A stretch of DNA of 64,000 bases, from NCBI RefSeq assembly GCF_006345805.1, contig NC_043022.1, positions 15,004,001-15,068,000 on the forward strand, given 5' to 3'. The first letter of the stretch is position 1. Every line of letters begins with the position of its first letter. The notes under the pieces were generated by a model. That model saw only the letters and a list, made by a program, of their open reading frames with translations. It did no database searches and was not told the DNA's origin. Made by a program: the position numbers and the translations under genes. Shown here piece by piece: positions 1 through 13,682 of the stretch. Source of the stretch: Octopus sinensis (taxonomy: Eukaryota).

Positions 1-705
1 CAAAGTTGGCCTTGGTGGAATTTGGACTCAGAACGTAGCGATGGGTGAAATACCGCTAAGAATTCCATCCAGCGTGCTAACGATTCTACCATCTCACCAC
101 AATAATAATAATAATAATAATCCTTTCTGCTAAAGGCAGAAGGCCTGAAATTTTGAGGAGGGGATGAGTCAGTTACATCAACCCCAGTGTTTGACTGGTA
201 CTTACTTTATCGACCCCAAAGGGATGAAGGGCAAAATCGACCTCAGCAGAATTTGAACTCAGGACACAGCAGCAGACAAAATACTGCTAAGCATTTTGCC
301 CAGTCTGCTAATGATTCTGCCAGCTTGCCACCTTAATAATAATAATTTCAAATTTTGCCACAGGGGCAGCGCTCCCCACCGAAAGGGTTAAAGGTAAAGT
401 TGACCTTGGTGGAAATTGAACTCAAATCATTGAGTGATGGGCGAACTACCACAAAGCATTTTGCCTGACATGCTAACAATTCTGCCAGCTTGCTGCCAAG
501 CACAAGGAAGGATATTTGGGGGAGGGAGATAGTCGATTACATCGACCCCAGTGTACCCCTGGTACTTATTTCATCGATCCTGAAAAAAAATGAAAAAGCA
601 AATCTTCAGTGGAATTTGAACTCAGAACACAGAGACAGACTAAATGCCACTGAATGCTTAGCTCGGCATGCTAACACTGCTACCAGCTCACCATCGTTCC
701 ACCTT
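1..705 (-). mobile_element. Cluster of SINE family B (tRNA-like head, Meta/MESC-like core) between (AAT)n tracts
   Basis: Repeated gaatttgaactcaga, aaggatgaaaggcaaagtcgacc and cgaccccagtg motifs. The core gtcgactttgcctttcatcctttcggggtcgataaa resembles the Meta domain (from memory). Confidence 0.75.
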
Positions 706-1625
706 TAATAACAACAACAACAACAAGAATCTCTTAGATAGGCACAAGGCTAGAAATTAATTATGTTAATCAAAACTAGAATAATGAATAACAACAACAA
801 CAACAATTATTATTATTACTATCGTTAATTTTAAGAAAGGCCCAAGGATGGTACAACTGATATATAACTCTAGTGGTTAACAGGTTTTTTTAGCCAATCA
901 TTGAATGATGATTGATGAAAAGCAAAAAGTTGAACTCAAAAATATAAGAAATATCTAAAAAAATACCACAAAGCATATTGTCCGATGCTCAACCGATTCA
1001 GGTGTATACTGGTCTCGAGGCATTTTGTCTAAAGATTTACCAGTTCTTTTGAACACTGCCTTAACAATAACAGTTTCTGGCATGGGCACAAGGTTCTCAA
1101 TTTTGGGCACATACACATACATTAATGAATGATAAGGGGACAGGAATTACGGAATCAACTTCAGTAGCTTACAGCTGTTTCTGCTCTAAGAAGCATTGCG
1201 TTCAGAACTGAGTGTTTGTGCAACATCCTATAGCTTCTTCAGAGCTGTAAAAATGAAGTGTATCAAGGAAACTATAGGTCGTTGCAAAAACATTCAACTC
1301 AGAGTGTACTGCTTCATGTAGCAGAAACAGTGCATGTGTTATTGGTGTGATGACCCTCCCAATACATAAGATTTTCTTCAACACACAAATTCACATCAAG
1401 AATCTTGCAAACCAAATACAAAATCAAAGTATATGCAAATAGCTAAGTTGACTACATAATTTCTGTTCCCTTGTCATTCATTAATTAATATTACACTCTG
1501 TACTCAACTAATGTTTTATTCTGAAGAATATGTATATTTATTGAGTTCCGACAACAGGCTATTAGTATGTCTAAGTGAAATATTAAGATATATACATATA
1601 TATATATACATATATATATATATAC

Positions 1626-1660
<35 letters not shown>

Positions 1661-1664
<4 letters not shown>

Positions 1665-1872
1665 GGGCTTAGTAAAATAAATTACTTTGCCACATACTGA
1701 ACTTTCTAGAAATAGCAGCCAAAAAGTTTTTTAGCCATTTCCACTACTTTAAGGAAAATTCTCCCAGATAATGTTTACTCAAAAAGTAGTGGAAATAGCT
1801 AAAAAACTTTTTGGCTGCTATTTCTAGAAAGTTCAGTATGTGGCAAAGTAATTTATTTTACTAAACCCTAAT
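1661..1872. mobile_element. Palindromic MITE (90-bp arms, TA-flanked, Tc1/mariner-like)
   Basis: 1661-1750 is the reverse complement of 1783-1872 at 88/90 positions; 32-bp spacer; set in (TA)n. Confidence 0.8.
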
Positions 1873-1984
1873 TATATAATGTAATATTTTGAATACGCCT
1901 TAAATGGTCCTTTTACATACTGAACACTACTTGGTGAAATTGATTAATAACTAATTAATTTTACCCTCAATTATTGATATTATA

Positions 1985-2019
<35 letters not shown>

Positions 2020-2219
2020 CGCACACACACACGTACATATAGCTATGAATGTGTACATGCCTTTCTTTTGCTGGGCTCAAATCTCATTTGTGAACCCATG
2101 GAAAACGAACCCCCACCTACTATTCTGCCTATATGTCTGTGCACACCTTTGAATGCAGTGTATGCCAGAAGGTTTGCATCCTAACATTAATAATGATAAT
2201 AATAATAACAATAACAATA

Positions 2220-2420
2220 ATCTTTTTTACTCTAGACAAAGGGTCTTGAAAATTTTGGAGGAAGGGGACTAGTCAATTACATCAACCCCAGTGTTTAACT
2301 GGTACTTATTTCATTGACCTCAGAAAGGATGAAGGGCGAAGTTGACCTCGGCAGAATTTGGGCTCAGACTGTAAAGATGGACAATATGCTGCTAAGCATT
2401 TTGCCAGGCACCACCTTAAA
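2220..2420 (-). mobile_element. SINE family B, (AAT)n-flanked
   Basis: Same motifs as 121-335; flanked by (AAT)n on both sides. Confidence 0.75.
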
Positions 2421-2440
2421 TAATAATAATAATAATAACA

Positions 2441-2806
2441 ACAAGAGCACTCAGAGAGAGCAAACCGTTGCCAAGGCTACACCAACATTCTCTCAATGAT
2501 TAACCAGAGATGATTTTTTAAAATGAGAATATCTGAAATAAACTCAATTGCTCTCACAAACGAGAATACTAAAAATGAATCCGACCGCTCTCAAAAATTA
2601 AGTAAAAGAACAGGAAAAATAACCCAGAATCCTTGTCCGGGACCGGATCGATCCCAAAATGTAATCAGTTTGTACCAGTCGTGAGGCCAAACATCCCTGA
2701 ACATTTCATCTCAATCCATCCAGCGGTTCTTGAGATATCTTGTCCACGGAGAAACAGACAAATATGACTGAAAACAATATCTACACCTTTGTTAAGGCGG
2801 AGGTAA
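2441..2806 (-). mobile_element. Helentron/HINE-like non-autonomous element
   Basis: Minus strand starts ttattacctccgcc, has a degenerate inverted partner ttggcaacggt, and ends in a gctctctctgagtgctctt stem-loop. Confidence 0.45.
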
Positions 2807-4364
2807 TAATAATAATAATAATTTCTAATGTAGATACAAAGTCATAACTTTGTGGGGAGGGTGTTAGTCAATTGGACTGTCCCTAGTATTCAACTGGTAC
2901 TTTACTTTTTATTGACCCAGGGAGGCTGAAAGGCAAAGATGAAACTGGCAGGATTCAAATGCAAATGTGAACACACGGACACACAGAGAAACTGGAGGTA
3001 AATAGCACAGCACAAGATATTCTGTACCCTGCTCTACCGATTCTCTCATTCACTGCCATAACAAGAACAAGGATCCCAACTGTAACTTCGTCAAACCCGT
3101 TAGGGGCCATAGTCAGGGCTCACACACGCACAAGTTTAGACAATTTTTATAATGATCAGAGAAGCGAGAGGGTTGTTGGTTACAGGGACCGACAGACCAA
3201 TCATTCAGGTTGCTGCATTTCCAACGGTGGGAGTGGCAAGGGAGTGACAGTAACTTAATGCAGAACAAATATCAACGGGGCATTTAATTTGAAAGATAAC
3301 ATTTTTTTGTTTTATTTATATATATTTTATTTTTAGTTTTTCTCATTGGAGTTCATGCCCTTTGTTGAAAAAGACAAATGCATACACATACACGCACACA
3401 TATGTACACTCACACACATACACGTATACACACTTTTATATACATACACATATACTCACATACACTTATATATACACACACATATATACACTCACATACA
3501 CATATACATATATATACACTCATACACACACACACACTCACATAGACATATAATACATACATATACACATGCATATATATATATATATATTTTTTTTTTC
3601 TCTTTTCCTCTAGTTTCAGCTCAGAGCTGCGGCCATGCTGATGCACCGCCGTTTTGTGCTACATTGTTATTGCGAAGAACCTCGTCTAATATGTGGCACT
3701 TGGTGAAGAATGGAGTTTGATACAGCTACTCTCATTTGCACCTCTTGCCGTATATATATATATATATATGACAGCATGGAAAGATGATGTTAAATGATGA
3801 TGATGATATATATATACACAAACACACACGACACGTATATAATAAATGGACCTTAGTGCCAAAATTCTCGACCATGATTGTTCGTTTGCTTCATCTTCTA
3901 GCTAACTAGGTTCATTAAATTAACATAAATGACCGAGTATTCCTAATACGACTCTGAGGTGGACGGAATCATCCTAATTCCTTGCAGGTTCCCCTCAATA
4001 ATCAAAATCTCTCACAAGATATTGCACAGCCTGCAGACCGTAAAAGAAGGAATATGCCCATGGTGCCACACACAGGGATTGAACCCAAAGCCACAAATTT
4101 GCAAAGCAAGCTTCTTTCCCTACACAGCCAAGCCTACACCTATACACCAGACCAGTGGCTCTCAACTGGGTTCCATATGGCCCTTTAGGGCCCATATGAA
4201 ATTTTGTTGTTGGAATTTATCTGGATTGAACCTGAAACCACTTCTTAACCACACTGCTGCAATCAATACATGATTCTACACATAACTCTATATGTGTTGA
4301 GAAGGGGTGGGCATATAAAGATTGCCGAGTGATAAAATTAGCATATGTTTAATATATTCTTTCT

Positions 4365-4740
4365 TTTGCTTCAGTCATGCTGGAGCACAGCCTTTAGTCG
4401 AACAAATCAACCCCAGGACTTATTCTTTGTAAGCCTAGAACTTATTCTGTCGGTCTCTCTTGTCGAATTGCTAAGTTTCAAGGACATAAACACACCAACA
4501 TTGGTTGTCAAGCGATAGTGTGTGGGGTGGGGACAAACACAGACACAAAGGCACACACACACACATATATATATATATGACAGGCTTCTTTTAGTTTCCG
4601 CCTACCAAATCCACTCAGAGGGCTTTGGTCGGCCTGAGGTTAGTAAAAGACACTTGCCCGAGGTGTCACACAGTGGGACCGAACCCGGAACCATGTGGTT
4701 GGGAAGCAAGCTTCTTACCACACAGCCACTCCTCCGCCTA
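4365..4740 (-). mobile_element. SINE family A (tRNA-derived head, central AT/GT microsatellite, AAAAGAGT tail)
   Basis: Homologous to the intact copies at 27337-27740 and 36056-36490. Confidence 0.85.
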
Positions 4741-5302
4741 TAATAATAATTATATAAATAACGATTGTCTTGAATGATTCGTCTTTTGTATTATTTATTC
4801 ACACTGAATAAACAAGAAACAGCAAAACTTTTAAATCTATGACATTGATGATAAATTTCTGCTTCTTCATGTAGAGCACCACTGCATGGCGCTTTGGGCA
4901 AGTGTCCTTCCTTATAGTTCCTGGCCAACCAAAGCCTTATAAGTGGGTTTGGTAGAAGGAAACTGAAAGAAGCTCATAATGTACTGAGTGTTCCCCATAG
5001 GGAGGCCCTATTCACAGTGTTTTATTTGTGTGTGTATTGCTTATTTCTCTGGGACTGGCATTCTCATCCAAGATGGAGACAAGAACCAACGTCCCCATGT
5101 AGCAGGCTTGAAGCCATTGATAGCCTTATGGACCAATAAATACAAAATATTTATCTTCCAATGTGGTGCTGGGCAGTCACTCTCACTGTTTGATTATCCA
5201 AAGTGGAGGTGAGCACCATTCCTCCAGGTGATCGGCTTGAAAAATTAAAGATATTCTTCTTAACATGAAAATAAACAGTAGCTTTAATACAAATGAAGAA
5301 AC

Positions 5303-5450
5303 AGAGTGGTTGGCGTTAGGAAGGGCATCCAGCTGTAGAAACACTGCCAGATAAGCCTGGAGCCTGGTGCAGCCTTCTGGCTTCCCAGATCCCCGGTCGA
5401 ACCGTCCAACTCATGCTAGCATGGAGAACGGACATTAAACGATGATGACG
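5303..5450 (+). mobile_element. SINE family E (Nin-like domain, (GAT)n tail), 5'-truncated
   Basis: gagtggttggcgttaggaagggcatccagctgtagaaa...ggacattaaacgatgatg. Confidence 0.8.
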
Positions 5451-5635
5451 AATGCGGTGTTGAACACCATTCGACATTTACAAAGAGAGATAGATAGGCA
5501 GGTAGGTATATGGAAGGATATGCATATGACTGTGCTTGTATCTTTGTGCCGTGGTTGTCCACCACCACTTGCGAAGTGGTGTCAGTTAGTTGACATTTGT
5601 GTGACTTAGTGGTTTGGCATGACAGATCCAGTAAC

Positions 5636-6187
5636 AAAGTTGACCTTAGCAGAATTTGAACTCAGAATCTAAATTCAGAAGAAATGCAGCTAAACGTTTT
5701 TGTCTGAAGTGCTAACCATTCTGCCAGCTTGCTGCCTTGGAAAGGACAAAAGGCAAAGTTGATCCGAGCAGGATTTGTGCTGAGAGCAGAAAGACTGGGA
5801 GATAAGCTGCTAACAATTCTGCCAATAATCCTTTCTGCTATGGACACAAGGTATGAAATTTTGGGGGCAGAGTAAGTCAATTACACTGACCCGCTAGAAT
5901 TTGAACTCGAAACAAATACTGCAAAATATTTTGTCTGACATTGCAATGATACTTATTTCTTTACTACCCACAAGGGGCTAAACACAGAGAGGACAAACAA
6001 GGACAGACAAACGGATTAAGTCGATTACATCGTCCCCAGTGCGTAACTGGTACTTAATTTCTCGACCCCGAAAGGATGAAAGGCAAAGTCGACTTCGGCG
6101 GAATTTGAACTCAGAACGTAACGGCAGACGAAATATTGCTAAGCATTTCGCCCGGCGTGCTAATGTTTCTGCCAGCTCGCCGCCTTA
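5636..6187 (-). mobile_element. SINE family B multimer; intact copy at 5951-6187
   Basis: Head aggcggcgagctggcagaaac..ttagcacgccgggcgaaatgc..gttctgagttcaaattcc (A/B-box-like). Confidence 0.85.
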
Positions 6188-6220
6188 GTCAATGATACTG
6201 TCAATCTCCCACCCTAATAA

Positions 6221-6387
6221 TGTGTGTGAATTAAACTGTATGTTAGGGTAGTTATGCTTCCATTACTGCACAGTTTCAACATTAATAATGATAGAAGTAG
6301 TATGCACATACCTTTTCAGTGATCCATAATGGTGAAACTGTGCAGTAATGGAAGTGTAACCAACCTGTCACTCTAGTTAATACACAT
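6221..6387. repeat. Long imperfect inverted repeat (MITE or hairpin RNA)
   Basis: Perfect 22-bp arms at 6257-6278 and 6333-6354, extendable with G.U pairs. Confidence 0.7.
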
Positions 6388-6869
6388 ATGCCAAATCTAC
6401 AACACTATTGAATCCTCTTTTTTTGTTATAAGCATTTCAGTATACGTATACAAACATAATATATGTATGTATATTTATGTGTGTGTATTCTTTTTGTTTA
6501 ACACCATTCTGCACTGGTTACCACAAACACTGACTCATGCCTCAATCCCATCATGAAATGATCCAATTATTGATACAAATTGATCCAGACAACCAAATTT
6601 TCTGAGTGTTCTCCAAAGGGAGGCCCTATTCACAGTATTTTGTGCGCACGCACTGCTTGTTTGTCTGGGACTGGTCGAATGATGAAGACAGATATAGAGG
6701 CAAGTCGGTATATGGAAAAACGGTCAGAAATGGATTTAGGTTTATTCCTCATTATTTTTCATTGTATAGAGAAACTGGAGTACGGGACACGTTTGTATGT
6801 TTACACATAGGTTTATTTATATACATACTTATATATGTGTGTGTGTGTGTGTGTGTATTCGCCTGTGCT

Positions 6870-7520
6870 TGTGCCACGTAAAAAGCACTAGGTCCACTCA
6901 GCTGGGTGGTTGGTGTTTGGAAGGGAATCCAGCTTTAAGAATCCTGCTCAAACAGTCACAGAAGTTTGCTGCAGGCTTCAGCCGGACTGGCTCTTGTGAC
7001 ACCGTCCCGCCCATGCTAGCATGGAAAATGGATGTTAAATGATGATGATGATGATGAGGACATGCATGTGGTATATATATATGTATGTATGTATATATGT
7101 ATGTGTATATATGAATGTATATATATGTATGTGTATATACACATGTATGTATATATATACACATGTATGTATATATACACATGTATGTATATATATATAC
7201 ATGTATGTGTATATATATACATGTATGTATATATATACACATGTATGTGTATATACACATGTATGTATATATATATACATGTATGTATATATATATATAT
7301 ATACATGTATGTATATATATATATATACATGTATGTATATATATATACATGTATGTATATATATATATACATGTATGATATATATATACATGTATGTGTA
7401 TATATATACATGTATGTATATATAATACATGTATGTGTATATACATGTATGTGTATATACACATGTATGTATATATATATACATGTATGTATATACATGT
7501 ATATATATATATATCACACA
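6870..7520 (+). repeat. SINE E (6870-7058) followed by a compound (AT)/(ACATGT) microsatellite (7060-7520)
   Basis: Nin-like motif and (GAT)n tail, then about 460 bp of alternating purine-pyrimidine sequence. Confidence 0.85.
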
Positions 7521-8335
7521 TACATACATATAACTGGCAATCTGTCAGTTATTGTGATGAGGGTTCCTGTCAATCAACAGAACAGCCTACTTGTGAAATT
7601 AATGTTCAAGTGGCTGAGTACTCTACAGACATGTTTTCCTTTAATGTAGTTCTCAGGGAGATTCAGCATGACACAGACTGTGGCAAGACTGGCCCCTTTT
7701 GAATTACCGGTAGAACACATTCTTGCCAGCTGATTGGACTGGAGCAATAAAGTGAAGTAAAGTGTCTCGCTCAAGAACACAGTGCACCTGGTACTGAACT
7801 CATGACCACGAGCCAAGTCCGCAAACCACTTACCCCACATGCCTTTAAACACGTACATATAACTGCAGGAGTAAATATAAGTATGCAGTTAATTTTTGTC
7901 TATATATATATATTATATTATAAAAATATGATCCGGGGCATCAGAGTGTAGGAAGTTGATAAGCTTCAAGTAGTGAGTGGCAGATGAACAAGAATTTCAT
8001 TCAGGAAATCTCAGCCTGATGATTAGTTACGTTGCATAACAATTACATAATGAGCTTCAGTTAACTTAGAAACATATGTAGCTTGCATTTTACCTGTTGC
8101 ACTCTCTCAATTTGGATTTTGACTCGCGTACACACATATATAGGAGAGAGAAGGAGGAAGGTTTCTGGGTGTATAAAATAGAAAGGGTTTGTTTGCAGGG
8201 GACACAGAAGGGGTGCACCTTAGTGTCATGATGCATGCATCATGACACACAGACGTTCATTGCAACAAGACAATCACATTCTAACGTTCTTTCATCTTAG
8301 TGTATCTTAGCAAAAATATCTCTCTTGCACACAGT

Positions 8336-8643
8336 GGAGGCACATGGCCCAGTGGTTAGAGCAGCGGACTCGCGGTTGAGGGATTGCAGGTTCGAATCTC
8401 AGACCAGGTGATGTATGTGTTTATGAGCGAAAACACCTGAGCTCCACGCGGCTCCGGCAGAAGGTAATGGCAAACTTCTGCTGACTCTTATGCCACAACT
8501 TTCTCTCACTCTTTCCTCCTGCATCTTGCAGCTCACCTGTGACGGACCGGCGTCCCGTCCAGGTGGGGAACTTATACACCAAGGAAACCGGGAAACCGGC
8601 CCTTATGGGCCAGGAATGGCTCGAGAAGGAACAAACAACAACT
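8336..8643 (+). mobile_element. SINE family D (tRNA-derived head, V-domain-like cctgtgacggaccggcgtcccgtccagg)
   Basis: ggaggcacatggcccagtggttagagcagcggactc...ggttcgaatc A/B boxes; (AAC) tail; related copies at 17680-17966 (-) and 40423-40808 (+). Confidence 0.8.
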
Positions 8644-9722
8644 CTTGCACACACACACACACACACACACATACGTGTATCTCACACATACACAAACATG
8701 AAACTCGAAACATGAAAGACTTTCCTTTCTCCCAGGTGTCAAACTAATACACTTGCTCATTGTTCATACACCTGCCTTTGCATATATTATACACACACAC
8801 ACATATATATATATATATACATACATATTATACACACACACATTGTTGTCTGCTGATTGCATTTTATTTTTATTCTCATTTTATTTTCATCAGAAATTTC
8901 TGAATAAACTCCAGCCTCTTGGCTATGATTAATTAATCGAACAAGAGTTAATTAACAATTTAAACATAATAATAAAACATAATATTCATAATATAAACAG
9001 GTGTATTTTCATGAATGTATGTATATATCTCGATTCATGCGTGTATGTATATGTGTGTGTATACCCAATACCTCATTTTATACTTCGTCTTTGGATGAAA
9101 CTTTGTTGTAACAAAGCTAGATATTGCAAATGTCATAGGACTAAGTCCTGGAATATTCCTGCTAAGATTTGAACCCCTTTATAAAGAAGTAACTAATGGT
9201 TTTACTAGCAGACACACATAGGAGTATTCAGCCTGTCTGGTGAGTGAAACCAGGCAGAAGATCTAAGACAAATGGACTAATTTTTAACGCATTCATGAAA
9301 AGGTGGAATTGGCAAGTCAAGTGCTGACATTTGGGTTGCATTGGAATTCCTGGCACAATTGATGGGAATTATAGATGGAGGTAGACATCCAAACAATTTA
9401 GTCATTAATATAAGCGAATGTCATCTATTTTATAAATGGTTGACTCTCTAAAATATTTATCTGAAAGAAGGATCCAAGACGTAGAGAAGTAAAGCAGTGA
9501 AAGATGGCTTCGTATTTTGGTTACAAGTAAATGTTACCAGAGACTGGACACCAGAGCCATTGCTTGTCTACAGCTCTCATTCTCCAAGAGCAACGAAGAA
9601 CATTTCCAAATGCAGTTTGCCTCTTACTGTATTTGATGGTAGAAAAGACAAATGAACAAATTCGGTCCACACCAACTTCTGCAACACATCTTCAAGAAAA
9701 AGAAGTGTTTCTCTTGAATTAA

Positions 9723-9938
9723 TCCATCGGTATTTAAACCATCCATATCCAACCCAGAGGTTCTACCTGCTTCATGTTCAAACCAGCCATATTCAGCCTC
9801 TCACACCTACCCTACAATGTCATTCTAAAAATAAGCAATCACAACAACATCTCAAATCTACAAGATAAAGTATGATTAATTTAAAACTATGCATAAACGA
9901 ACATTACATTTTGACAGAGTAATTTGAATGTCAAAGGG
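9723..9938. mobile_element. TTAA-flanked piggyBac-like MITE (degenerate)
   Basis: TTAA at 9719-9722 and 9939-9942; right end aaaggg|ttaa; related ends at 10570-10820 and 13196-13279. Confidence 0.5.
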
Positions 9939-12757
9939 TTAAAGTGGGTAATAAAGGCCCAACTTTGCATATAAGGTACAGCATGATGTTTTTAAAGGGT
10001 TTTTTTCTTTTTTTTTTTCCAGTTTCAGAAAAAATGTGTGCCTTCCATGACAGCAAATACAGAAAGTGGAAATTGAACAGAAAATCTTGAGTTACACAAA
10101 ATTTATTTACTGAAGAAATCCAGGGAGATTTCTGCCCTGCAATCAAACGTGGTGGTGAAAGACAATCTTCTCAAGTCAATGCTTTTCTTCCAAATCCAAA
10201 TCCACTTCCAATAAAATTGCTTTTTATTCCACTAACAGACAAAATTTTCCTGTTTCCAAATCATTATTTTAGAACTAATTATCTCGTTACCATATTTCCT
10301 TTGTTTCAATTAATTTTGAAAATAATGAGAAATTTAGTCAAATATCTTTGCCATTATTAATTAAGCTGGAGTTTGAAACAAATTAAGATGGAATTTTAAT
10401 GAAAGGTTTTAATTTAAATCACTTTAACCGTTTTATTATCATGTTTCCATGGAAATATGTTCCCTTTATTTCAATTAATTTTTAATGAAAAATTTAGTGA
10501 AATTATTAAGCTGACGGTTGGAACATAAATTAGAATAAAATTTTGAAGGGAGGCTTTAATTAAAATCACTTTAACCCTTTTGTTACTGAAGAAATACACT
10601 GCCTTCGTTTACTAGAATAACTCTGTCATTATCAAAGATCATATATGGAACATAACATGAAATTTCGATGGAAGGTTTTGAGACCCCTTCAAGGTAAGGA
10701 AATTTGTAACTCAGAACAAGGGGTGACTTAATCCTCTGTCATAATAAAGGATTAATTCAAAACAACATGAATAAAAAAAAGGGTTTACATTTGACAAAAT
10801 AAATTGAATGCTAAAGGGTTGGGTTGGAATAGTAAAGACGAGGCACTAACTTTAACAAGGGGGAGGTCCTAGTTAAAAATCTAAAAGCCTTACTGAAATT
10901 ACTCGGGCTTCTTTCAACAATCCAGATTTTTAACAAAAAATCTTTAAATGGTAATACTGACTCCTCATATAGAAGGATTTAGAAAATAAAACTAAGAGAT
11001 AATATTTATGCCTACTTAATCATGGATTTCCTACGAGAGCAAACTATACTGTGATAGTTACCAAGTGAGAAACTCTCCTCTGGCTAGAATCGCTTCTGTC
11101 CCTAGTGGTCAAGCGTCCATCATTGCTAAGGCCAAACAAGGTCGAAATCACGTGACCTGGTGGTCTCAGCACTGGAGATAGCAAGAATCTTTCTCCCCAC
11201 TAGTGATGGTTCAAGAGCAGTGATTCGCAACTGATTTTTGGCCATGCCCCACAGAATCATTTCTAAAATCCTGATGACCCCCCTGTGATATTTAATTTTT
11301 GTTATTCAAAATTTGGTTAATGTTTACAATATTAACTGGAAAAAAAAATAATAGTGAAATGGACGTAAAAAAAATGTACAGACACGTTTATAAATTACCT
11401 ACGTTTTCTTTCACACTAAATTGAAAGAAATAATCTTCTAAAGTATCAAAAAATTTTTTTTCAGATTTTTCCACTTTAGTGACATCAGATTTTCAGATTT
11501 TTCCACTTTAGAGACATCAAATTTTCAGATTTTTTATGAATATGATGGAAATGACCTGATGTCTCTAAAGTGTCAAAAATTTGATAAACTTGTGCAGGAG
11601 GGGTGTGAACAATTTTTTTTTTTTTTAATAACTCATTTTCGAATTGCCCCCTTTCTTACCAAAATATTATTACCATGTCCCATGTTGGGAATCATGGTGC
11701 TAGAGCACCAGGCTCACAATCAATGAGGTTGTGAGTTCAATTCCTGAACCAGGTTCTATGTTGTGTTCTTGAGCAAGACACTTTACTTCACGCTGCTCCA
11801 TCTGTAGAGATGAGTTGCGACATCATTGGTGCCAAGCTGTATCAGCCTTTGTCTCTCTCTCTCTCTCTCTTGGACAATATTGGTGGCATGGAGACAGGAG
11901 ACTGGCATGCATGGGCGACTGTTGGTCTTCCATAAACAACCTTGCGCAGACTTGTGCCTAGGAGGGGAACTTTCTTGGTGCAATCTCATGGCCTTACATG
12001 ACCAAAGGAGAGGGTCTTTACCACTAGTGATATAAACAATCTGAGAGCTTCCCTCATGCTATCTAGTGCAGTATAGCTTGTTCCAACAGAACATTCCTGT
12101 TCAAATGGGGATGACTATTACCTTTCAGTCTTAATACTGCCTCTGTCACCACTTATATGTATTCTTTAACAAGCTCACTGGCCAATTGCAACACCAGGGC
12201 CTCATCTGGCAGTTTTTCTACATCTCACTGGCAGGGAGATGAGTCGCTGTTATCTCTAGATGGTCGAGTGTTCATCACTGATAAGACCCAAGAAGGTTGA
12301 AATCAGGTGATCTGGTGGTTTTGGCACTGGAGGTGGCAGGGATTTATCTCCCCCTTAGCAATATAAACAAGCAGGCATTTTGCACCTAAAGTCAACATGA
12401 CAGCATCTCTCGTGGAATCTACTGCAGTATAGTCTGTTCTAACAGAACATCCATGGTTAAATTGAGTTAAATATTACCTCTTAGTAATCAAATACTGCCT
12501 CTGTTATGCTAACAAATAAGAAAATATAACTATAAAAAACACTTGGTGTTTAATTTTTATAATAAAAATTCAACAAAATTGGTAGAACCATATTTATTTT
12601 GCAGTGTGTCATTCTTTAACTTGTTGCATAAATTAAAGAAAGGAAATATGGTTTTGCTTTGTGGGGACCGAATCACAATTTTGTGTAAAAAAAAAAAAAA
12701 GGGTTTTATAAAGGTTTGTAGGTCTATCGTAAACCTTCTGTATGTTAAGTGAGAGTA

Positions 12758-12805
<48 letters not shown>

Positions 12806-12814
12806 CACATTTAA

Positions 12815-13017
12815 AGGACACAATACATGTTTTTAAGTGCTACTAATAGTGTCGTATGTTGAGAAATATTTCAAACTTATTCGTCTGACACAAACCACAT
12901 TATAACGAACTAAATTTTCTCAGTTCGTTATACGTGGTTTGCACCTGAAGAATATGTTAGAGATACTTCTCAATATATGAAACTCTTAAAAGCACTTAAA
13001 AACATATATTGTGTCCT
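12815..13017. mobile_element. Kolobok-like palindromic MITE
   Basis: ttaa|aggacacaatacatgtttttaagtgct ... agcacttaaaaacatatattgtgtcct|ttag; interior also palindromic. Confidence 0.65.
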
Positions 13018-13609
13018 TTAGATAAATAATGGAGTATTTTGGGGGGAGGATTTTTTTTATCATGGAACAGTACATTATATATGAATATATATCTCAGTAA
13101 TCAAAGCAACTTATCTACATAAGGAAACAAACTATTTTTTTGCTTTCCACTCATAATGAAATTTCTGATAGCAAAGTCACAAAAAAGTGGAACATTAACT
13201 TTTAGCACACTGCCCCTGTTATTACAGGGGAGAAAACTCATACAGTGACATGTTGCACCTACAGTGCTAAAGGTTAACTTTATTTATTGAGGTATTGGCA
13301 TGTGTGTATATCACTATGAATGAGTGTGTGTTTGTATAAAAAAATAAAGTAAACCCTATGGACGATACTGTCTCAAGTCCAAGGAGGGTTCATAGGGCCA
13401 GTTACCCAGTTCCTGTGGCGTACAAGTAACCAAAACCACAACGTCCACCCTGAATGAGACACTAGTCTGTTGCAGGGTCACTCGTTTCAGCTGAGTGGAC
13501 TGGACTAATGGGAAGTGTTTTTGTTCAAGAATACACTGCACTGCCTGCTCCAGGAACTGAAACCGTGCTTTTATGTTTATAAGCGCAACCACCTTAACCA
13601 CTAGGCTAT

Positions 13610-13651
13610 GCACGTCCATGTGTGTCAAGTGTATGTATGTGTACATAAATT

Positions 13652-13682
<31 letters not shown>

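Noticed and set aside
1170-1420. Unique coding-looking stretch as an exon of a neighbouring gene
   Set aside because: Frames next to plausible splice sites contain stops and no translation resembles a known protein. I found no second gene in 1-14000.
8336-8410. tRNA gene-like sequences (also 27337, 40423 and others)
   Set aside because: A/B boxes run straight into SINE bodies with tails and TSDs; no clean cloverleaf or acceptor stem.
9299-9450. KGGIGKSS deviant Walker-A-like peptide (MinD/Nbp35 style)
   Set aside because: Directly preceded by TGA, no splice acceptor, and no downstream family motifs; probably chance.
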